Assembly: GCA_964196305.1 (NCBI GenBank)
Contig: CAXMSJ010000008.1
Coordinates: forward strand, 2,495-66,494
DNA from: an uncultured Acidimicrobiia bacterium
GTDB taxonomy: Bacteria > Actinomycetota > Aquicultoria > CAJVYJ01 > JAUVQD01
DNA length: 64,000 nucleotides
Reading direction: 5' to 3'
In this document: positions 58,161-64,000 of the stretch, one piece after another
How the letters are laid out: each line of letters opens with the position of its first letter
Numbering within the stretch: the stretch's first letter is position 1
Notes under the pieces: generated by a model
The model's database searches: none
The model's input: only the letters and a program-made list of their open reading frames with translations
What the model was told of the DNA's origin: nothing
Program-made: the position numbers and the translations under genes

Positions 58161-59096
58161 CTACTTTGATGCTTTGAGTGACAATTCGAGCTCTTCGAGC
58201 TTGGCTTTGACTTCCTCAATTGATTTTGACCCGAAGTTCCGGATGTTGATCAAATCGATCTCCGAACAATCCAGCAGTCCTTGGAGAGTGTCTATCCCCT
58301 GGCGCTTAAGGCAATTATACGAGCGCACAGACAGCTCAAGATCCTCAATCGGAGAATTCATAGCTGCCTCATTTTCGCTCTCATCGACCGCGAAAACGCT
58401 CTCAGCTTCTTCTTCGTCGCCCTGCTCAGCAAAGAGCATCATGTGCTCATTAATAATCTGGCTGGCCTTACTGACCGCCTCTAGAGGCGTCAAACTACCG
58501 TCCGTTTCGACCTCTAGGGAAAGCTTGTCATAGTCAGTTCGCTGCCCAACGCGCGTATGGTCGACTTTGTAAGACACCTTTTTTATCGGAGTGAAGATCG
58601 AATCGATCGGGATGACGCCGATCGCGTCATCCTCCTTTTTGTTCCGCTCTGCCAGCGAGTAGCCTCGGCCTTTCTCAACAATTAGCTCTGCCTCTATCTT
58701 GCCGGACTTATTTAAAGTCGCCAACGAAAGCTCTTCATTGACGATCTCGACACCGGCCGGCAGAGAGATGTCGCCCGCCTTGATCTCGCCAGGACCTTTT
58801 TTGGACAGAGACAGCGTGGCCTCGTCTTCACCGTTCATTCTGACGACCATCCCCTTGATGTTAAGGATGATGTCGGTGAGATCCTCCTGCACGCCCTTGA
58901 TGGACGTAAATTCGTGATCAACACCCTCAATGCGGATAGAAGTAACCGCGGCACCAGGCATGGACGATAAGAGCGCCCGGCGCATACAATTGCCCAACGT
59001 GTACCCAAAACCTCGTTCCAGCGGCTCCAGTACAAACGTGGCAACATTGTCGCTGATTTCTCCGACCGTCATATGCGGTCGCTTAAACTCAATCAC
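58161..59096 (-). CDS. rpoA: DNA-directed RNA polymerase alpha subunit
   Basis: 311 aa with N-terminal and C-terminal domains typical of RpoA. Sits in the rpsD-rpoA-rplQ order. Confidence 0.95.
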   Translation of the reverse strand: MIEFKRPHMTVGEISDNVATFVLEPLERGFGYTLGNCMRRALLSSMPGAAVTSIRIEGVDHEFTSIKGVQEDLTDIILNIKGMVVRMNGEDEATLSLSKKGPGEIKAGDISLPAGVEIVNEELSLATLNKSGKIEAELIVEKGRGYSLAERNKKEDDAIGVIPIDSIFTPIKKVSYKVDHTRVGQRTDYDKLSLEVETDGSLTPLEAVSKASQIINEHMMLFAEQGDEEEAESVFAVDESENEAAMNSPIEDLELSVRSYNCLKRQGIDTLQGLLDCSEIDLINIRNFGSKSIEEVKAKLEELELSLKASK

Positions 59097-59119
59097 TGCT
59101 TCTTTTTCCCCCTCAGAGA

Positions 59120-59746
59120 CTATTTAGAATAAAGCTCAACAATTAGCTGTTCTTTTACCGGCATTGAGATCTGGTCACGCGTTGGCAGGTCTCTGACTTT
59201 GCCGGTCACATTCTTTGAATCAACATCAAGCCACTCGGGTATCATGCCCTTGCTGGCCGCCGTAGCAGCCTCCTTGATGCGTTCCGTGGCCTTGCTCTTC
59301 TCGAAGACACCGTAGATATCGCCAGCGCGTAATCTGTAGGAAGGGATATTTACCTTTCTCCCGTTGATAGTAAAGTGGCCGTGCCTTACAAGCTGTCGTG
59401 CCTCCGGGCGGGAGAACGCAAAGCCGGAACGGTAGACGACATCATCAAAACGCGTCTCCAGCAACTGCAGAAGGTTCTCGCCCGTGATACCTTTTTGCTG
59501 AGCGGCCTTCTTGTAGTAGCCCCGGAACTGCTTCTCCATCAGACCATAGGTCCTCTTGACCTTCTGTTTTTCCCGCAATTGCTTTTGGTACTCTGATTGC
59601 TTGATGCGTCGCCGACCGTGCTCGCCTGGTGGATAGGGACGGCGCTCGTAAGCGCACTTGTCGCTAAGGCACCGCTCACCCTTGAGGAACAACTTCATCC
59701 CCTCACGACGGCATAATTTACATACGGGACCTGAGTATCTGGCCAA
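59120..59746 (-). CDS. rpsD: 30S ribosomal protein S4
   Basis: 208 aa with [16 protein letters not shown] (zinc-finger-like N-terminus) and an S4 domain. Confidence 0.95.
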   Translation of the reverse strand: MARYSGPVCKLCRREGMKLFLKGERCLSDKCAYERRPYPPGEHGRRRIKQSEYQKQLREKQKVKRTYGLMEKQFRGYYKKAAQQKGITGENLLQLLETRFDDVVYRSGFAFSRPEARQLVRHGHFTINGRKVNIPSYRLRAGDIYGVFEKSKATERIKEAATAASKGMIPEWLDVDSKNVTGKVRDLPTRDQISMPVKEQLIVELYSK

Positions 59747-59771
59747 TTAGTGCTCCTTTGCTCGCTTAATG

Positions 59772-60170
59772 CTAAACTCGACGACGCTTTTTCGGCCGAC
59801 AACCATTGTGCGGTACCGACGTCACGTCATTGATAGCCCCCACCTCAAGACCAGCAGCCTGAAGCGAACGGATCGCCGTCTCCCGACCGGATCCAGGACC
59901 TTTGACAAAAACTTCGACCTTCTTAACGCCATGCTCTTGCGCCTTCTTGGCAGCGGATTCCGCCGCTAATTGCGCCGCGAATGGCGTGCTCTTCCGTGAA
60001 CCCTTAAATCCAATGCTACCGGCACTCTCCCAGCTCAAAGTGTTACCCTGGCTGTCCGAGATGGCGATTATCGTATTGTTAAAGGTCGACTTAATGTGCG
60101 CCTGACCATGGGGAACGTTCTTCTTTTCCCTTTTCTTGGCTCTTCCTTTTGTTGCCTTCTTCTTTACCAA
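59772..60170 (-). CDS. rpsK: 30S ribosomal protein S11
   Basis: 132 aa with conserved S11 motifs ([25 protein letters not shown]). Confidence 0.95.
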   Translation of the reverse strand: MVKKKATKGRAKKREKKNVPHGQAHIKSTFNNTIIAISDSQGNTLSWESAGSIGFKGSRKSTPFAAQLAAESAAKKAQEHGVKKVEVFVKGPGSGRETAIRSLQAAGLEVGAINDVTSVPHNGCRPKKRRRV

Positions 60171-60195
60171 CTATCGTTCGACCTCACTTTCAAAA

Positions 60196-60564
60196 CTATT
60201 TCTTCTTCGCTCCGACCGGCTTGCGCGGTCCCTTGCGGGTCCGGGCATTAGTATGTGTGCGCTGGCCGCGAACGGGCAGACCACGACGATGCCGCAGGCC
60301 CCGATAGCAACCGATCTCCATTAATCGCTTAATATTCTGAGAGATGTCTCTGCGCAAATCACCCTCAACTTTAGCGGTTTTCTCAATGGATTCCCTGAGT
60401 TTGATGACTTCATCATCAGTCAGGTCTCTGGCCCGAGTATCTGGGCTGATCCCTGTCTCATGCAAGATCTTCTTGGAAGTGGTCAAACCAATTCCAAAGA
60501 TATATGTTAGAGCGATCTCGATCCGTTTTTCTCTTGGGAGGTCCGCTCCCGCAATGCGCGCCAA
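60196..60564 (-). CDS. rpsM: 30S ribosomal protein S13
   Basis: 122 aa starting [13 protein letters not shown] start preceded by a GAGGGAGG RBS. Confidence 0.95.
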   Translation of the reverse strand: MARIAGADLPREKRIEIALTYIFGIGLTTSKKILHETGISPDTRARDLTDDEVIKLRESIEKTAKVEGDLRRDISQNIKRLMEIGCYRGLRHRRGLPVRGQRTHTNARTRKGPRKPVGAKKK

Positions 60565-60580
60565 TTAATCCTCCCTCTTA

Positions 60581-60694
60581 CTACCCTTGCCGCTGTTTAT
60601 GGCGGGGGTTCTCACAGATGATCCTGACTTTTCCATGTCTCTTGATCACCTTACATTTTTCACATATTTTTTTAACTGATGGCTTAACCTTCAT
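60581..60694 (-). CDS. rpmJ: 50S ribosomal protein L36
   Basis: 37 aa, [37 protein letters not shown], translated by hand from the minus strand. It is not in the ORF track because it is under 60 aa. Confidence 0.9.
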   Translation of the reverse strand: MKVKPSVKKICEKCKVIKRHGKVRIICENPRHKQRQG

Positions 60695-60721
60695 ATTTTT
60701 TCTTTCTCTTCAAGATAGATA

Positions 60722-60943
60722 CTATTTATATCGATATGTGATCCGACCGCGCGACAGATCGTAAGGCGACAGCTCAACCACAACTCGATCACCCGGAAGT
60801 ATCCGAATATAATGCATTCGCATCTTTCCTGAGATATGCGCCAATATTTTGTGGCCGTTATCTAGCTCGACCCGAAACATAGCGTTAGGCAATGGCTCTA
60901 CGACCTTGCCCTCTATCTCGATTGCTTCTTCTTTTTTCGCCAA
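60722..60943 (-). CDS. infA: Translation initiation factor IF-1
   Basis: 73 aa S1-like OB fold ([16 protein letters not shown]). Confidence 0.95.
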   Translation of the reverse strand: MAKKEEAIEIEGKVVEPLPNAMFRVELDNGHKILAHISGKMRMHYIRILPGDRVVVELSPYDLSRGRITYRYK

Positions 60944-61018
60944 TCGCTCTCTTCCTCACTTGGAAACCTCAATAAAGTTTCCCAAAGACGCTATGTTAAC
61001 AGAAAGACACTAGCCCGT

Positions 61019-61765
61019 CTATAAAACAGTTAATACGGCTGGCCCATCGGTGGTAATGGCTACAGTGTCTTCAAAGTGAACTGACGGCCTGCCATCCTGG
61101 GTAATAACTGTCCAGGCATCTTCCAGAACCTGCACCTCGAATCCACCCGCGTTAACCATCGGCTCTAATGCAAAAACCATGCCCGTCTCCAATTTCGGGC
61201 CGCGCGACGCTTGCCGATAATTCGGTATCTGGGGATCCTCATGCATCTGGCGTCCAATACCATGCCCCACATAATCCCTGACAACTGTGAATCCGGCTTC
61301 CGACACGACCGCTTCAACAGCGGCAGAAATATCATAAAGATGCGCTGCCGGCATCATCTTGTTAATCCCGGCAGCCAACGCGGTCTGACCCGCCTCCATC
61401 AAGCGTTGAGACTCTTTGGATACCGACTCAACCGCAAACGTCCGAGCGGCATCGGCATAGTAACCATCTAGCTCGACGCCGATATCAACGCTGACCAGCT
61501 GGCCCGCCTCGATAATCCTCCCGCCAGGTATTCCGTGTACGACCTCTTCATTAATGGAGATGCATATCGACGCCGGGTAACCCCGATATCCCTTAAACGC
61601 TGGCCTAGCCTGAGCCTTCCGTATTAGCTTTTCAATGTGCGAATCGATCTCGATCGTAGCGACACCTGGTCGGATTAACTGACCCGCCAACTCCAAAGCC
61701 TGGGCAACTATCCGCCCGGCTCGGCGCATCTTGTCGATCTCCGCCTCTGATCGGCGCTCGATCAT
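61019..61765 (-). CDS. map: Methionine aminopeptidase type I
   Basis: 248 aa pita-bread fold with metal ligands (D...D...H...E...E). Confidence 0.9.
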   Translation of the reverse strand: MIERRSEAEIDKMRRAGRIVAQALELAGQLIRPGVATIEIDSHIEKLIRKAQARPAFKGYRGYPASICISINEEVVHGIPGGRIIEAGQLVSVDIGVELDGYYADAARTFAVESVSKESQRLMEAGQTALAAGINKMMPAAHLYDISAAVEAVVSEAGFTVVRDYVGHGIGRQMHEDPQIPNYRQASRGPKLETGMVFALEPMVNAGGFEVQVLEDAWTVITQDGRPSVHFEDTVAITTDGPAVLTVL

Positions 61766-62406
61766 CCGCCTAAAAGTCCGCCTATGGCCGCAAAAACATC
61801 ATCGACTTCCTGCTCACCATCAACGTCGACGAGCAGGCTCCGCTCTCGATAGAAATCCACGAGTGGCGCTGTCTGCTCCGCGTATACCTCAAGACGCTTT
61901 AAGACCGTCTCTTCGGAGTCATCGTCACGCTGCCATAGCTCTCCACCACAAGCATCGCAAATAGTGGCGGATTTCGGGGGATCGAAGGTCAAATGGAAAG
62001 CTTTTCCACACGCTCGACAAGTGCGACGCCCGGTCAAACGCTTAACCAGGCTCTCCCGGCCGACCTCAATATTGAGTACCGAATCCAAATCCTTGCCGCC
62101 GGCGGCTAAGGCTTCGCTAAGAGCTTCAGCCTGCTTTACAGTCCGGGGGAAGCCATCAAGCAGAAAACCATTGGCGCAATCCGGCTCATCTAACCTCTGT
62201 ATAACAATCCCGATGACCACATCATCCGGAACCAGCTCGCCTCGGGTCATATAGCCCTGAGCGCGCATACCTAGTTCAGTCTCTTCCGCGACTGCCCGAC
62301 GAAAAATATCACCGGTGGAAATGTGCAGAATACTGTAGCTCTTGGCGATTCTCAAAGCCTGAGTGCCCTTACCGGCCCCCGGAGGCCCCAAAAGGACAAC
62401 GTTCAT
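61762..62406 (-). CDS. adk: Adenylate kinase
   Basis: P-loop GPPGAGKGTQ and a zinc-binding lid (CxxC...CDxC). Confidence 0.95.
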   Translation of the reverse strand: MNVVLLGPPGAGKGTQALRIAKSYSILHISTGDIFRRAVAEETELGMRAQGYMTRGELVPDDVVIGIVIQRLDEPDCANGFLLDGFPRTVKQAEALSEALAAGGKDLDSVLNIEVGRESLVKRLTGRRTCRACGKAFHLTFDPPKSATICDACGGELWQRDDDSEETVLKRLEVYAEQTAPLVDFYRERSLLVDVDGEQEVDDVFAAIGGLLGG

Positions 62407-63653
62407 TTCAGGAACCCCTCGTAGTGACGTTGCATCAACTGTGATTCCAGTTGCTTCATGGTTTCCAGCCCAACCCCGACCATGATCAAGAGCGATGCTC
62501 CCCCAAAGCCCTGAAGAAACGGAATGCCTAGGCGGGACCCTAAAATATCCGGAAGGACCGCAATGAAGGCCAGAAAGATAGAACCAGGCAACGTAATCCG
62601 ATTGAGCACCTTGTCGAGATAGACTGCGGTCGGGCGACCCGGTCTCACGCCCGGGACAAATCCGCCGTACTTTTTTATATTCTCCGCCAGTTCGATCGGA
62701 TTAAAAACAATGGCCGTATAGAAGTAGGCAAAAAACACAATGAGAACACTCTGGGTGATCATTCTAATCGGCGCCCCGGCAGCAAACGCTGCGTTCAGGC
62801 TATCGAAAAATGCCCCGGGGAAATAGGTGCCCAGAGTGATGGGTACCAGAAGAACGCTGGAGGCAAAGATGATCGGGATAACTCCGGCAGAGTTAAGCTT
62901 GAGTGGTATATATGTACCGCCTCCAGACATCACCCGCCGACCGACCACCCGCTTGGCGTACTGAACCTGGATTCGCCGTTGACCGCCCTCCATGATCACG
63001 ATCGCTACCAAAAGCATAACAATAACGGCAAAGAAGAGGATCGCCACCACGGGATTGACCACCTGAAACGTGGATATTACCCCTTGCGGCATACCGGCAA
63101 TGATGGAGGCGAAAATCATCAGAGACATCCCGTTGCCGATTCCCCGCTGGGTGATCAGCTCGCCCAACCACATAACCATGGCTGTTCCGGCAGTCAGCGT
63201 AATAATTATCAAGTATCGCTCGAGTGAGCTAAACGTCGTGGCCAGAGCGGACTGAAAGAAAAGCGTATACCCGGCTGACTCTACGACCGCCAGTCCCAGA
63301 GTCATATATCTGGTCGTCTGAGTGATTTTTCGCTGGCCGATCTCACCCTCGTTCTTCCAACGTTCCAGGGTGGGTATGACCACCGTCAGCAACTGCATGA
63401 TAATAGAAGCGGTGATATACGGCATGATCCCTAAGGCAAAGACAGCAAAACGCGATAAAGCGCCCCCGGAAAAGAGATCTAATAGGCCGAGCAGGCCGGC
63501 TTCAGAGTCAAACAGGCTCTTGAGCGCGGCTAAATCAATGCCAGGCACCGGAATATGCGCCCCAAGCCGATAGACGGCAATAATAAAGAGCGTGAAAAGG
63601 ATCTTCTGGCGAAGATCCGGGATCTTAAAGGCGTTACGGAGAGCGGCAAGCAA
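62403..63653 (-). CDS. secY: Preprotein translocase subunit SecY
   Basis: 416 aa with 10 TM segments. Sits in the conserved rplO-secY-adk order. Confidence 0.95.
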   Translation of the reverse strand: MLAALRNAFKIPDLRQKILFTLFIIAVYRLGAHIPVPGIDLAALKSLFDSEAGLLGLLDLFSGGALSRFAVFALGIMPYITASIIMQLLTVVIPTLERWKNEGEIGQRKITQTTRYMTLGLAVVESAGYTLFFQSALATTFSSLERYLIIITLTAGTAMVMWLGELITQRGIGNGMSLMIFASIIAGMPQGVISTFQVVNPVVAILFFAVIVMLLVAIVIMEGGQRRIQVQYAKRVVGRRVMSGGGTYIPLKLNSAGVIPIIFASSVLLVPITLGTYFPGAFFDSLNAAFAAGAPIRMITQSVLIVFFAYFYTAIVFNPIELAENIKKYGGFVPGVRPGRPTAVYLDKVLNRITLPGSIFLAFIAVLPDILGSRLGIPFLQGFGGASLLIMVGVGLETMKQLESQLMQRHYEGFLK

Positions 63654-63655
63654 GT

Positions 63656-64000
63656 CTATACTACCTCGGCGGTGCCGCCCGCTTTTTCAATCTTTTCTTT
63701 GGCTGTGCCAGTAAAAGCAGCGGCCTTGACGGTCAGCTTCTTCTTCAGCTCTCCATCGCCAAGCACCTTCAGCGGCATCTCAGCTTTACGGATCAACCCG
63801 TCTTCCGACAACTTTGCCGCATCGACTTCGGCGCCATCTGCGTAGCGCTCAAGCTGACTGACGTTGACTGTCGCAAAAACTTTTCGCCAGTGATTTGTAA
63901 ACCCAGGCAATTTGGGTAGGCGTCGGGCCAGCGGGTTCTGTCCGCCCTCAAAGCCAGGACCTTTTCCACCGCCTGATCGCGACAGCTGACCTCCATGGCC
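63656..64000 (-). CDS. rplO: 50S ribosomal protein L15 (5' end lies outside the window)
   Basis: In frame with the ORF-track fragment. Upstream codons read ...GHGGQLSRSGGGKGPGFEGGQNPLARRLPKLPGFTNHW, the glycine-rich L15 N-region. The start lies beyond position 64000. Confidence 0.9.
   Translation of the reverse strand, partial: GHGGQLSRSGGGKGPGFEGGQNPLARRLPKLPGFTNHWRKVFATVNVSQLERYADGAEVDAAKLSEDGLIRKAEMPLKVLGDGELKKKLTVKAAAFTGTAKEKIEKAGGTAEVV

Overview
The window is a GC-rich (~60%) bacterial chromosomal segment, densely packed and almost entirely coding, with gene order typical of a monoderm (Firmicutes- or Chloroflexota-like) lineage. Read from the 5' end, most genes sit on the minus strand in this order. 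(1) smc-ftsY and rnc sit downstream of a complete type-II fatty-acid/phospholipid operon, plsX-fabH-fabK-fabD-fabG-acpP-fabF. (2) An acetyl-CoA node follows: AMP-forming acetyl-CoA synthetase (acsA), a stand-alone Pta-N-terminal/DRTGG protein, and a fused ADP-forming acetyl-CoA synthetase. (3) rpmF is followed by a leucine/citramalate cluster: a short-form IPMS/CimA-like synthase, archaeal-type leuC/leuD and leuB. (4) A roughly 13 kb run of co-directional, translationally coupled genes gives clpC-radA-disA-yacL-ispD-ispF-gltX-cysS-rlmB-yacP-gatB, the Bacillus-like order, then lysS-greA. (5) On the plus strand sits a 3.8 kb four-gene operon: unknown protein, PatA/YgjG-type omega-aminotransferase, SRPBCC protein, and a homolog of cyanobacterial acyl-ACP reductase (AAR). 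Nothing like this pairing is described in the literature I know, and I consider it the most interesting system in the window: a candidate pathway from an acyl-thioester via an aldehyde to a primary amine. (6) coaX is followed by a complete biotin operon, bioB-bioF-bioDA(fusion)-bioH-like-bioC, with birA and a candidate BirA operator. (7) dedA, nadC-nadB and a sensor kinase/OmpR-type regulator pair follow. (8) The window ends with truA-ecfT-ecfA2-ecfA1 and the 3' end of the ribosomal-protein/rpoA cluster (rplQ, rpoA, rpsD, rpsK, rpsM, rpmJ, infA, map, adk, secY, partial rplO). Other notable observations: two genes (fabF and the ADP-forming ACS) whose conserved N-termini are encoded with no canonical start codon, in frame directly behind the stop of the upstream gene, with candidate ATT/ATC initiation; a predicted leaderless nadB transcript; a BioD-BioA fusion; and a short intergenic island carrying periodic TGAAGAT direct repeats bracketed by two bidirectional terminators. 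No rRNA, tRNA, CRISPR array or mobile element was seen.
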